From assembly GCA_963921275.4 (NCBI GenBank), contig OZ001293.3, forward strand, positions 6,144,001 through 6,208,000: DNA of 64,000 bases. The letters run 5' to 3'. This DNA comes from an uncultured Hormoscilla sp. Lineage in GTDB: Bacteria; Cyanobacteriota; Cyanobacteriia; Cyanobacteriales; Desertifilaceae. A program made the position numbers and the translations under genes. Within the stretch, counting starts at the first letter, position 1; the number at the start of each line of letters is the position of its first letter. Positions 34,728 to 44,899 of this stretch are shown piece after piece. The notes beneath the pieces are model-generated. The model saw nothing but the letters and a program-made list of their open reading frames with translations. It had not been told where the DNA came from and searched no databases.

Positions 34728-36890
34728 ATGAATCTAGCAAACCGGACAGAAGTCAGTCAAACCAAAAGTAGCTATGAGACTCAAAAAGGTATAATTATCC
34801 ATCGAACCATTGAAGCCTTGCCGGACTCAGGGACTATGGATGACCTAATTGAAGCTCTCAATGAATCGCGCGGAGTTTTATTATCCTCTAATTATGAAGT
34901 TCCTGGACGTTATCGTCGTTGGATGTTTGGTTTTATCAACGCCCCTCTTTCAATTAGCGCAATTGGTCGCTCTTTTCAAGTTTCTGCTCTAAACGAACGT
35001 GGACAAGTTATTTTGCCTTTTATTAGAGCGGCGGTTCAACAGTTGAGTGCGGTCGAGTCTATTTCGTTTGACGCAACTGAACTCTCCGGTTCGGTCTGTG
35101 TTACGACCGAGCGTTTCCCGGAAGAGATGCGCAGCAAACAGCCTTCAATTTTCTCGCTTTTACGTTGCTTGATCGAAGTTTTTTATAGCGACCAAGATCC
35201 TTATCTTGGTCTTTATGGTGCTTTCGGCTACGATCTCGCTTATCAATTTGAGAATGTAGAAAAACAAATACCACGCCTACCTGGACAACGTGACTTGGTG
35301 CTATTTATTCCCGATCAGATTTATGTTGTAGACCATTATCGAAATTCCGCCTTTATCAGTTATTATGACTTTGAAATCAATGGGAAATCTACTGTTGGCC
35401 TTAGTCGTGATGGTCTGAGCGTTCCCTATCATCCATCTACTCGGGTAAGTTGTAGCTGCGATCACGAACCAGGACAATACGCGGATTGCGTACGCCAGGC
35501 GCGAGAATACTTTCAGCGTGGCGATTTGTTTGAAGCCGTACCTGGCCAGACCTTTTTTGAACCAGCCAAATTGCCGCCGTCAGCAATTTTTAGGAGTTTG
35601 CGAGAACGCAATCCATCACCTTATCAATTCCTAATTAACCTGGGAGAGCAGGAGTATTTAGTTGGAGCCTCTCCGGAAATGTATGTGCGCGTCATTGGTC
35701 GGCAAATCGAAACCTGTCCCATTTCCGGCACAATTGATCGTGGCAACGATGCTATCGGCGATGCGACGCAGATACGTGAGCTGCTGAATTCCGAAAAAGA
35801 TGAATCTGAACTAACAATGTGTACCGATGTTGATCGCAATGATAAATCCCGGATTTGTATTCCAGGAACAGTTCGTGTAATTGGTCGCCGACAAATCGAA
35901 CTTTACTCTAAACTTATTCATACCGTCGATCACGTCGAGGGGAAACTGGCTGATGGCTACGATGCCCTAGACGGTTTTTTAACCCATACTTGGGCGGTGA
36001 CTGTGACTGGAGCTCCCAAGCTTTGGGCTATGCGTTTCCTTGAGGAACATGAACGTTCACCCCGCAATTGGTACGGTGGTGCCGTCGGCGTTATCGGATT
36101 CAATGGTGACCTAAATACAGGTCTAACATTACGGACAATCCACATTCAAAATGGTATTGCAAAAATTCGTGCTGGTGCAACGCTGCTTTACGATTCAGAT
36201 CCTAAGAAGGAAGAAGAAGAAATCTATCTAAAGGCTGAAATATTCTTAGAGATCGTTCGCGGCTCCAGCAACAGACAAACTCATAAGTGTATTGATCAAA
36301 GCAAAAAAAAGGGGATCGGTAAGCGAATTGTCTTAATCGATCACCAAGACTCTTTTGTTCATACTCTAGCTAACTATTTTCGCCAAAGCGGTGCAGAAGT
36401 CACTACCTTTCGTCCTGGTTTCGATATCGATTACCTCAAATCGGCTAAACCAGATCTTGTTGTCTTATCACCGGGACCTGGTCGTCCTAGTGACTTTTTG
36501 TTAAGCAATACGATCGCAATAGTGAGACAACTAAACTTGCCAATGTTTGGTGTATGCTTGGGACTTCAAGGAATTGTTGAATATTTTGGTGGCAAGCTTG
36601 GGATATTACCTTACCCAATGCACGGCAAGGCTTCTGAAGTGATTCTTCAGGAAAGCAAGCTCTTTGCTGGCCTACCGAAAAAGCTGAAAGTTGGTCGTTA
36701 TCACTCTATCTATGCTATCAAAGAGGAAGTACCACCGATACTTAAAGTTACAGCTATGACAGAAGATGGTATTGTAATGGCTGTAGAACATGAGTTCCTG
36801 CCAGTTTCTGCTGTGCAATTTCACCCAGAATCGATACTTACTTTAGAAGGTAATGTGGGTCTTAAGATTATTAATAATGCCATCCCTTAA
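34728..36890 (+). CDS. trpE: Fused anthranilate synthase TrpE(G)
   Basis: NPSPY, ASPEMYVRV, TCPISGT, TVTGAPK, AGATLL; GATase part DSFVHTL, LSPGPG, GVCLGLQ, QFHPES. Confidence 0.93.
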   Translation: MNLANRTEVSQTKSSYETQKGIIIHRTIEALPDSGTMDDLIEALNESRGVLLSSNYEVPGRYRRWMFGFINAPLSISAIGRSFQVSALNERGQVILPFIRAAVQQLSAVESISFDATELSGSVCVTTERFPEEMRSKQPSIFSLLRCLIEVFYSDQDPYLGLYGAFGYDLAYQFENVEKQIPRLPGQRDLVLFIPDQIYVVDHYRNSAFISYYDFEINGKSTVGLSRDGLSVPYHPSTRVSCSCDHEPGQYADCVRQAREYFQRGDLFEAVPGQTFFEPAKLPPSAIFRSLRERNPSPYQFLINLGEQEYLVGASPEMYVRVIGRQIETCPISGTIDRGNDAIGDATQIRELLNSEKDESELTMCTDVDRNDKSRICIPGTVRVIGRRQIELYSKLIHTVDHVEGKLADGYDALDGFLTHTWAVTVTGAPKLWAMRFLEEHERSPRNWYGGAVGVIGFNGDLNTGLTLRTIHIQNGIAKIRAGATLLYDSDPKKEEEEIYLKAEIFLEIVRGSSNRQTHKCIDQSKKKGIGKRIVLIDHQDSFVHTLANYFRQSGAEVTTFRPGFDIDYLKSAKPDLVVLSPGPGRPSDFLLSNTIAIVRQLNLPMFGVCLGLQGIVEYFGGKLGILPYPMHGKASEVILQESKLFAGLPKKLKVGRYHSIYAIKEEVPPILKVTAMTEDGIVMAVEHEFLPVSAVQFHPESILTLEGNVGLKIINNAIP

Positions 36891-36941
36891 CTGTAGCGAC
36901 CTGCAATCGAAATTGGCTCGACCCGCAATCAAGAGCTTTTT

Positions 36942-37060
36942 GAGACCACATTAATTGAGATTGAAGATGACCTCAGACCCACATTATTTGAGACTGAGAC
37001 CACATTAACTGACCCGGGTCGGCAGCGATCATTGCAGACCCACATTATCTGACACTGACT
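36942..37060 (-). mobile_element. Putative Tn7-like transposon end (four TnsB-site-like direct repeats)
   Basis: AGAC(C)CACATTA(A/T)(T/C)TGA at 36943, 36975, 36997 and 37036. The minus strand starts AGTCAGTGTCAGATAATGTG. Confidence 0.45.
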
Positions 37061-37130
37061 GGTTCAAAACGGTTTTCGTAGATAATCGGCGATCGCCTTT
37101 TTTGCCGCTACCTTAGTAGGGGCAGATCTA

Positions 37131-37382
37131 GCGAAGCTGGCCTGAAGGGCAATCTAGCTTGAAACCCTTACAGAACAAGGGTTTCAAAACTGAAAATTTG
37201 AGGATTGAATTTTGCAGCTTCTGGGCAGTTCCGGCAAAAATCGCCTTTCTGGGTTTGGGGTACTTTTGCCTGAAGGCTTTGACTGGCAATGATTTCAGAG
37301 ATTTAGTGAAGATGGCTCTTGGGAGCACCTCAAGCATTGAAAGCTGCAAAATTTCCTAGATTGCCCTTCATCGCAGCTTCGC
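37131..37382. repeat. 252-bp element bounded by 27-bp imperfect inverted repeats
   Basis: GCGAAGCTG-N3-TGAAGGGCAATCTAG and its reverse complement; inner palindrome TGAAACCCTT-N7-AAGGGTTTCA. Confidence 0.75.
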
Positions 37383-38067
37383 TATGTTTACCCCTATATC
37401 ATCGGATTTATAGGCAAGGCGATCGGAAACGTATGGGGTCACTGGCGGTAATTGGGCGGTAATTTCTCCTATTTATTCTTGGTGACAATCCGGAGAGTAA
37501 AAGGCGATCGCATTTAACCGCTCTTTACGAGCGTCCTTCCACCTCCTGAATGATAAAGTCTCTCTCTTGCGGTCGGCTACAGAACTGGGTGCTGCCTTTC
37601 ATACCTGCGGTGAAATACTCTTCCTTGCATACCCAATGACGATCGCCTTTCTCCGGTTCCACATAGCGACCAACGATAGTGAAATCGCCCTGCCAGTCCA
37701 ACCGATACAGAATGCGATCGCCGTGCCTGGGAGCGCGCTCGGTCGAGGGCAGTCTGGCGAGTCTCTGTTTCTGTTCTTGGCTCAGTCCCCGAGCAATTTG
37801 GTTCAGTCCCTCAATGCCATATAACTCCCGGATTACCTTCTCCTGGTGTCAGCTGCTTTCATATCTGATTCGTCCAACCGCAGCTCCGATGTGCTCTGCT
37901 GCTGTGTCTCCTGGGAGCTTGATGTCCCCCGGGAGCGCTAACCGCACTACCCGGGGGACATCGTAGTCGCACTACCCAGGAGACACAGCGCGCTCCATAT
38001 CGCAGGAGCACATTAATCGCACATCGTGCAAAGATAGGACTATCTTGCGGCATTTTGCATCTGCATA

Positions 38068-39132
38068 TTAAAGGCGATCGCCAGTTTGGACATCAAACCA
38101 ATGAATCCGATCGGGTGGCACAGCTAAGGTAAGTCGTTCTCCTTCCCAAGCTTGGTCATTAGGCAACAATACTCGCAGAGTTAACCCATCTGCACCCTCA
38201 ACCCTAAGCCTGATGAGATTGTGCATTCCCAAATTTTCCACCAAATCTACCGTTCCTTCAATCTTCTGAGGGTCTTCTGGGCGGGCGAGGCGGAGATGTT
38301 CAGGACGAATACCCAGTATAATGGACGGGGGCATTTGGAGCAACTCCCGCCCGTGCATGAGAAAGTCCCCCAAAACCGCAGCTTGTCGGTGGCATTGCAG
38401 TTGGAGTAAATTCATCTGGGGACTACCCACAAAAGAAGCGACAAATTTATTAGCTGGATGGGTATAAATTTGCGTGGGGGTGTCTAGTTGCTGGACTATC
38501 CCATTGTTGAGAACTGCCACTTTATTAGAGAGAGTCATTGCCTCGGTCTGGTCGTGGGTGACGTAAATTACTGGCACTTGCTGGGATGCAAATATCTTTT
38601 TCATCTCAGCTCTTACCCGTTCTCGTAGTAGGGCATCCAGGTTACTCAGGGGTTCATCCAGTAAGAATACATCAGGACGACGCACGAGGGCGCGACCCAG
38701 GGCAACCCGTTGCCTTTGTCCCCCAGATAGTTGACCCGGTTTGCGGTCCATTAACGCTTCCAGTCCTAGCAGTTTAGCACATTCAGCGATCCGCTGTTTG
38801 ATTTCAGAAGAGGGTACTTTTTTCAACTTCAGTCCCGATGCCAAGTTGTCATATACTTTCATGTGGGGATACAGGGCGTAGCTTTGAAACACCATCGCCA
38901 TGTTGCGATCGCCCGGTTTTAGGTTTGTCACATCCCGCCCACCGATTAATATCTTTCCCCGAGTAGGTTGTTCTAACCCTGCTATCATCCGCAGGGTCGT
39001 TGATTTGCCACAACCCGACGGTCCCAATAAGGTAAGAAATTCTCCATCTGCTACTTGCAAACTGATGTTATTTACTGGAACTACTTTCTGACTGTAGGTT
39101 TTGTTCAGATTAATTATTTCTACTTTGGCCAT
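38068..39132 (-). CDS. Carbohydrate ABC transporter ATPase (MalK-like)
   Basis: GPSGCGKS, LSGGQRQR, LLDEP, C-terminal TOBE-like region. Confidence 0.95.
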   Translation of the reverse strand: MAKVEIINLNKTYSQKVVPVNNISLQVADGEFLTLLGPSGCGKSTTLRMIAGLEQPTRGKILIGGRDVTNLKPGDRNMAMVFQSYALYPHMKVYDNLASGLKLKKVPSSEIKQRIAECAKLLGLEALMDRKPGQLSGGQRQRVALGRALVRRPDVFLLDEPLSNLDALLRERVRAEMKKIFASQQVPVIYVTHDQTEAMTLSNKVAVLNNGIVQQLDTPTQIYTHPANKFVASFVGSPQMNLLQLQCHRQAAVLGDFLMHGRELLQMPPSIILGIRPEHLRLARPEDPQKIEGTVDLVENLGMHNLIRLRVEGADGLTLRVLLPNDQAWEGERLTLAVPPDRIHWFDVQTGDRL

Positions 39133-39222
39133 GTTTTTCTGTGCTAATCGCTAATTGCTAATCGCTAATTCCTAGTGACCGGGGTCTTCCTGGGAATGAG
39201 GGTACAGGATAACCGATCTTTT

Positions 39223-40062
39223 TTAGCCTTTGACCGCCCCTGCTGTCAACCCCTGGACGATCTGGCGCCCGCATAAGAACAGTAACAATGCCAGAGGTAA
39301 TGTCCCTACTACTGTCGCCGCCGCGATCGGACCATAAGGGATTTCAAACACGGAACTCCCTCCTATTTGGGCGGCAGCAACGGGAAAGGTTTTCATGGTT
39401 TCCTGGGTCATAAATGTCAGGGCAAAGATAAATTCATTCCAGGCAAATATAAAGGTCAGAATTCCTGTTGTTACCAGGGCTGGTATGGTTATGGGCAGCA
39501 TGATTGTCGTCAAGATCTGCCAGGTATTGTAACCATCGACTTTGGCCGCATCTTCCAATTCCTTGGGCAATTGCTGGAAAAAACTCCGCATCACTAAAAT
39601 TGTCAGGGGCAAATTTATCCCCGTGTAGGGAATAATCAAGGCTAGATAGCTATTCCCCAATTTGAGTCCCTGGATGATTTCTAACAGTTCTAAAAATATT
39701 AACACAAAGGGGAATAGGGTGAGGGTTAATATGCCTGCCATAATTATTTGCTCCCTTTGGATGCGTAACCTTGCTAAAGCATAAGCAGCGGGCGTCCCGA
39801 TCGCCAAGCATGATAAGGTCGAACTGATGGACACTAAAGCACTATTAAAAAGATATCGGAGTAAGGGGCGACGGGTGAATAATTCAACATAGTGTTCTAG
39901 AGTTAACTGCTGCCAACTCGGGAAATAGACATTGGGAACTGCCGCGATCGCCTCATTCACTTTAACAGATGTCAGCACCTGCCATAACACGGGTCCTAAG
40001 CTAAATGCTATCAGTACTACCACTCCGAGGGGAAAGATAATTTTCTTGATGACCAAGTTCAT
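39223..40062 (-). CDS. Carbohydrate ABC permease (MalG-like)
   Basis: ELEDAAKVDG, FIFAWNEF, QGLTAGAVKG. Confidence 0.93.
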   Translation of the reverse strand: MNLVIKKIIFPLGVVVLIAFSLGPVLWQVLTSVKVNEAIAAVPNVYFPSWQQLTLEHYVELFTRRPLLRYLFNSALVSISSTLSCLAIGTPAAYALARLRIQREQIIMAGILTLTLFPFVLIFLELLEIIQGLKLGNSYLALIIPYTGINLPLTILVMRSFFQQLPKELEDAAKVDGYNTWQILTTIMLPITIPALVTTGILTFIFAWNEFIFALTFMTQETMKTFPVAAAQIGGSSVFEIPYGPIAAATVVGTLPLALLLFLCGRQIVQGLTAGAVKG

Positions 40063-40194
40063 AATTAACTGTTATCTTGTTATTTGTCAGTTGTTATTTG
40101 TTAGTTGTCACATCTCGGGTGCATCCCAATGCAAGTAATTAAGCCTGCGTGGGCTTTGTTTTCCTAGCCCCACCCGGTGAGGGCTGCGTGGTAA

Positions 40195-41094
40195 CTAATT
40201 AATCTGGGCACGGGATTTACTCAGACCCCAAAAAGCGATCGCCACTGCGAAGACCAGCAAGAGAAATGTCACCACAATTAAGGCAGCGCCATAACCAAAA
40301 TCCAGATAGCGCATGACTGTAGCATAGATATAGAGTGACACCATTTCCGTGGCTCCGCCCGGGCCGCCTCCAGTCATCACCTTAATCAGGTCAAAAATGC
40401 CAAAAGCTTGAGCAAAGCGGAATAGCAGGGCAATCAAAATTTGCGGCATTAATAGGGGTAAAGTGATGAAGGTAAAGTTTTGCCAGGGCGTCGCCCCATC
40501 AAGGGAATGAGCTTCGTAAAGGTCTGTGGGAATTGATTGTAGACCTGCTAGCAACAGTATACTAATAAAAGGCGTGGCTTTCCAAACATCAGCGGCGATC
40601 GCGGCCATCATTGCCGTATTTGGCATTCCCAGCCAGTTAATTCCTTGCTCAATTATCCCTAAACGCAGTAGAATATCGTTGACAACTCCAAACTGGTCGT
40701 TAAAAATCCAGGCCCAGGCAAGTCCAATCAAGGCCGTGGGCAATGCCCAAGGCAGGATAGCAATAGTGCGGACAAGATTGCGTCCTGGGAAGGGCCGATG
40801 CAAAATCATGGCAATAATCATCCCCAGTACCAGTTCCAAAAGCACTGACACGACTGTAAAGATAGTCGTATTCCACATCGCCTGCCAGAAGCGCCCGTCT
40901 CCCATCATCCGTTGGTAATTGGCCAAACCGGAGAAGACCGGTTGCAATTGGGTTCCCAGATTCTCCGCAAACAAACTCGACCAAAAGGAGCTTAAAATTG
41001 GGTAGGCATACACTAGCAATAGTAGCAGTAATGCGGGTATTACCAAAATCCAGCCCGTCCGCTGTTCCCGACTGTGGGTTTTATCTGCCTGCAT
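40195..41094 (-). CDS. Carbohydrate ABC permease (MalF-like)
   Basis: LAGLQSIP, LYEAHSLDGA, MTGGGP. Confidence 0.93.
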   Translation of the reverse strand: MQADKTHSREQRTGWILVIPALLLLLLVYAYPILSSFWSSLFAENLGTQLQPVFSGLANYQRMMGDGRFWQAMWNTTIFTVVSVLLELVLGMIIAMILHRPFPGRNLVRTIAILPWALPTALIGLAWAWIFNDQFGVVNDILLRLGIIEQGINWLGMPNTAMMAAIAADVWKATPFISILLLAGLQSIPTDLYEAHSLDGATPWQNFTFITLPLLMPQILIALLFRFAQAFGIFDLIKVMTGGGPGGATEMVSLYIYATVMRYLDFGYGAALIVVTFLLLVFAVAIAFWGLSKSRAQIN

Positions 41095-41113
41095 CGATTA
41101 TTTCCTCCCTGAC

Positions 41114-42397
41114 TTAGCTAGTTCCTAATAACCTGCGAGTTTCATCAGCAGCTGATTTCATCGCTTTGACAGGATCGAAGCGCCCTGTCAGTGCCCCACT
41201 CAGATAACGCTGCAAAATATCGGATGCCTGGGCATATTGGGGAATTTGCGGACGTAAGACAGCATTTTCTACTACTTCTAATAACTGTGGGTAGTGGGGA
41301 TATTTAGCAACAATTTCGGGATCGGTAAATAATGGACGGCGGGAAGGGACATAGCCAGTTTTCAGAATGAACTGACGCTGGGCTGCGGTACTGGTAAAAT
41401 ACTCGATCGCCTGCCAAGCTGCTTCAGGATATTTGGAGGTTTTGGATATCCCGAGTCCCCACCCGCCTAGACAAGCGCCGCCCTGCTTTTCTGGGGCAGA
41501 CACCATTGGTTTAATAGCAATTTTACCTGCTATGGGCGAGGTATTTTGATTCGCTAAGGACCAAACATAGGGCCAGTTTCTTAAGAACAATGTTTCCCCA
41601 TTTTGGAAGAGGCGGCGCGTTTCTTCTTCGGCGTAGGTAGTGACTCCTGGAGGAGAAACTCCCCGATCGATTGTCGAAATTAGAAACTTAATAGCTGCGA
41701 TCGCTTCTGGTTTGTCCAGTCCCACTGCGAGAGTTTCCGGGTCAACCCAAAAGCCACCAAAACCAGCCAGTACCTCAGTAAACATGGCAGCTAAACCTTC
41801 GTATTGCTTCCCTTGCCAGACGTATCCCCAGGTAGCTGCCCCATTTCCTTGTAATGCTTGAGAAATATCAATTAAATCGGAAAAAGTTTCTGGCGGGTTT
41901 AGTTTCGCTGCTGCCAGCAGGTCTTGTCGATAGTATAGCATCCCGACATCTGATTGAAAAGGTATGCGATACAGTTTGCCCTCGTATATGCTAGCTTCGA
42001 CATCTTTCTCTAGGAAGGCGCTCAAGTCTGAGGCATTAATGCGATCGGTCAGATCCAGCAGCCACCCCGCAGCGGCAAATTTGGGAACCCAAACTACATC
42101 CATCATAATCAGATCGTAGGGAGAATCACCCAACAAAAAGGCCGACGTGTAGAGGTCTTCCTGTAAATTTGTGTCATTGGGTGCCTCAATTAAGTTAATT
42201 TTGATATCTGGGTACTCTGTTTCAAATTCTTTGACCAGTACCTCCTGCCAAACTGGTACTTCTAGGGCATTAATCAAGATGCTGAGTGTGACGGTTCGCT
42301 GTTGCTGGGCAATTCCTACTGAAATGCCGCGCAGCAAAGTTACAACCAGTATGGTAGCGATGAACAATTTTAAGATCCGAGACATTATCTGTAGCAA
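41114..42397 (-). CDS. Carbohydrate ABC substrate-binding protein
   Basis: Signal-like N-terminus; DVVWVPKFAAAGWL, LYYRQDLL, FLRNWPY. Confidence 0.92.
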   Translation of the reverse strand: MLQIMSRILKLFIATILVVTLLRGISVGIAQQQRTVTLSILINALEVPVWQEVLVKEFETEYPDIKINLIEAPNDTNLQEDLYTSAFLLGDSPYDLIMMDVVWVPKFAAAGWLLDLTDRINASDLSAFLEKDVEASIYEGKLYRIPFQSDVGMLYYRQDLLAAAKLNPPETFSDLIDISQALQGNGAATWGYVWQGKQYEGLAAMFTEVLAGFGGFWVDPETLAVGLDKPEAIAAIKFLISTIDRGVSPPGVTTYAEEETRRLFQNGETLFLRNWPYVWSLANQNTSPIAGKIAIKPMVSAPEKQGGACLGGWGLGISKTSKYPEAAWQAIEYFTSTAAQRQFILKTGYVPSRRPLFTDPEIVAKYPHYPQLLEVVENAVLRPQIPQYAQASDILQRYLSGALTGRFDPVKAMKSAADETRRLLGTS

Positions 42398-42515
42398 TTT
42401 AAGTTCGTAGTAAGGACTTTAGTCCTTTGCCGTTCGTAGTAAGGACTTTAGTCATTCAGGTAAGTAGCCTAGAAACCAAGTTTTTTGTCAAAACCTGGTT
42501 TCTTAATGCAAGCAT

Positions 42516-43442
42516 TCAGATGAGCCCTTTAGGCTTCACGCTTCGATGCGATGCGCGAAGCGCATCGAAATCCTGAGTGCTGGGCACTGCAAACTGCTGC
42601 TCCAGCTGTTTATAATAGGGCACATTAATGATCTGTTCAAACTCTTGGAAGTTAACGAGCGCGTCAAACCCAGAGGTAGTTCCATGTTGCTTCAAATGAC
42701 TCAAGCAATTTATCATGGCCTTAGTAGCAGAGAACATACCGGAAAGGGGATATACTACAATTTTGAAACCTAATTCTTGTAGTTCTTTGCCCGATAGACA
42801 AGGTGTTTTGCCCCCTTCTATCATGTTGGCAAACAAGGGCGCATCCTCAAAGGCAGAGGCGATCGCCTTCAGGTCTTCTAGGGACTGGGGAGCTTCAATG
42901 AAGACTATATCAGCACCGGCGTCAAAATAAGCTTGACCCCGGCGAATTGCTGCTTCTAAACCCAGGGGTGCCCGGGCATCCGTCCGACCAATGATTACCA
43001 GACCACTTTCGCCCCTAGCATGGACTGCTGCTTTGATTTTCTCGACATGTTCGCTCATCGGAATTACGCGCTTGCCCTCAAAATGACCGCATTTCTTCGG
43101 CCAGCACTGGTCTTCTAGGATAATGCCAGCAACGCCTAACTGCACAACATCTGTAACGGTCCGGATCACATTCAGCGGGTTACCATAACCGGTATCAATA
43201 TCAGCGACTAGGGGGATATTTACAGACTGAGCGATCCTGCCCACACTGTAGAGCATTTCCGTGGCCGTGAGGAAACCGTAGTCCGGCTGACCGAGGGTGG
43301 AGCCAGAAATGCCGAAGCCGCTAGTGAACACTGCTTCAAAACCTAATTGCTCAGTCAGTTTCGCGCCGATGCAGTCGTAGACGCCAGGCAGAATGAGAAT
43401 TCCCGGTTGTTCTAGGATTTTTCTGAGTTGATGACCAGACAT
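42516..43442 (-). CDS. Isocitrate lyase/PEP mutase family enzyme (PrpB-like)
   Basis: ADIDTGYG, EDQCWPKKCGH, GRTDA, ANMIEGGKTP. Confidence 0.9.
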   Translation of the reverse strand: MSGHQLRKILEQPGILILPGVYDCIGAKLTEQLGFEAVFTSGFGISGSTLGQPDYGFLTATEMLYSVGRIAQSVNIPLVADIDTGYGNPLNVIRTVTDVVQLGVAGIILEDQCWPKKCGHFEGKRVIPMSEHVEKIKAAVHARGESGLVIIGRTDARAPLGLEAAIRRGQAYFDAGADIVFIEAPQSLEDLKAIASAFEDAPLFANMIEGGKTPCLSGKELQELGFKIVVYPLSGMFSATKAMINCLSHLKQHGTTSGFDALVNFQEFEQIINVPYYKQLEQQFAVPSTQDFDALRASHRSVKPKGLI

Positions 43443-43748
43443 ATACTTCCCTCTAGAGGGGACAAGGAATACGTTACTACACTCTTGGACAATTTGTCAG
43501 GGAGTAGCTAATGGCTAAATGATTGCTGTCTCGTTACTGAATGATTACTCAGTAATGCCGAACGAGTCACTACAGTGCGGGATGCCTTGCTGTCTTGACA
43601 GCGGGAGTACTTGCCGCACTACGGTTCCCGACTGCCGCACTACGGTTCACCCAATTCGATGTCGTCCAGCCTGGGAAGTATCTGGAGCTCGTTCGTAGTC
43701 AGCACGCTATGGCTGCGCTCCCGCAAGGGATACGGACTTAGCTCACCG

Positions 43749-43868
43749 GGAAACACTAAAGTGTTTACTACAAACGGCGGAAACACTAAAGTGTTTACTA
43801 CAAACGGCGGAAACACTAAAGTGTTTACTACAAACGGCGGAAACACTAAAGTGTTTACTACAAACGGC
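43749..43868. repeat. 30-bp perfect tandem repeat x4 with internal palindrome
   Basis: GGAAACACTAAAGTGTTTACTACAAACGGC. Related to the reverse complement of GTTCGTAGTAAGGACTTTAGTC, seen twice at 42403-42453. Confidence 0.9.
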
Positions 43869-43954
43869 GATATTATGACAATGTAATTTGCGCACATCCG
43901 CCGATGTTGCCGCTCAACCTTGTCTCACAATAACTTAGCCCCGGAGTTCTGGCT

Positions 43955-44752
43955 ATGACTACATTGGAATTGTTGGAATTGTCGCTTCTCGCTGGTGGGG
44001 GGCTATTGGCTGGAATTCTCGCAGGTTTTCTGGGCATCGGTGGCGGCACGGTTTTGGTGCCCCTTCTAGTAGCCTTGGCTTACCAACCCGTGCAAGCGGT
44101 GGCAACCAGTAGCCTGGTCATCTTAGTAACCGCTACTTCTGGTAGCATCCAAAACTGGTTGATGGGCACCCTCAGTTTCCAGCGGGTGATTTACCTGGGA
44201 TTGCCAGCTTTATTGACAGCACCGGTGGGTGCTTATGTAGCCAATTATCTTAAACCTTACATACTTCTATTGGGGTTTGGGCTGTTTCTGGTGCTGAATA
44301 TCTTTTTAGTGGAAGTGCGCAAAAGCATCACCAGTGATGAAGAAGGGGCAATGCACCAACCCTTTAACCCAATTATGGTGCGCATCTTAACTGGCAGTAC
44401 AGCTGGTCTGATGGCAGGGATGTTCGGAGTTGGTGGCGGGGTGATTATGGTGCCCCTGCAAATCGTGCTGTTGGGAGAAACGATTAAAGTAGCGATTCAG
44501 ACAAGTCTGGGCGTGATTGCGATCGCGGCCACTTCTGCTTGTGTGGGCCACGGCCTGCAAAATCCTGATAATCTCTTGCTGTTGCCCGGTCTGGTTCTGG
44601 GCATGGGGGGACTGGTGGGTGCCCAGATTAGCACTCGCTTTCTACCCAGACTACCCGATGAAGTTATTACCATCGCTTTTCGCAGTTTCCTGGCAATCAT
44701 GGCAATCTATATTTTATGGGAAGCTTGGAATAGTTATCGGCTGGGGCTGTAG
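43955..44752 (+). CDS. TauE/SafE family membrane protein
   Basis: Two G(I/V)GGG repeats, AVATS; hydrophobic throughout. Confidence 0.88.
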   Translation: MTTLELLELSLLAGGGLLAGILAGFLGIGGGTVLVPLLVALAYQPVQAVATSSLVILVTATSGSIQNWLMGTLSFQRVIYLGLPALLTAPVGAYVANYLKPYILLLGFGLFLVLNIFLVEVRKSITSDEEGAMHQPFNPIMVRILTGSTAGLMAGMFGVGGGVIMVPLQIVLLGETIKVAIQTSLGVIAIAATSACVGHGLQNPDNLLLLPGLVLGMGGLVGAQISTRFLPRLPDEVITIAFRSFLAIMAIYILWEAWNSYRLGL

Positions 44753-44899
44753 GACAGTCAATCGTCCGTTGCTAGTTGGTTTGACATAATGGATAAAACA
44801 AGTTATGATGAATTAAGGATATCAATACAGTTACGATAACCAGATCGCCTTGCCCGATCTCTTCATACAACTTCGCAACAATTAATAATAACCGACAAG

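Noticed and set aside
36851..36862. TAATGTGGGTCT as an inverted partner of the TnsB-like sites
   Set aside because: It lies within trpE(G) codons (GNVGL), so it is probably coincidental.
36942..37382. Degenerate CRISPR array plus leader
   Set aside because: Repeats are about 17-24 bp with irregular gaps of 0-21 bp, which does not fit repeat-spacer periodicity.
43749..43868. 30-bp palindromic repeats as a CRISPR array
   Set aside because: Units are head-to-tail with no spacers, and no cas genes are present.
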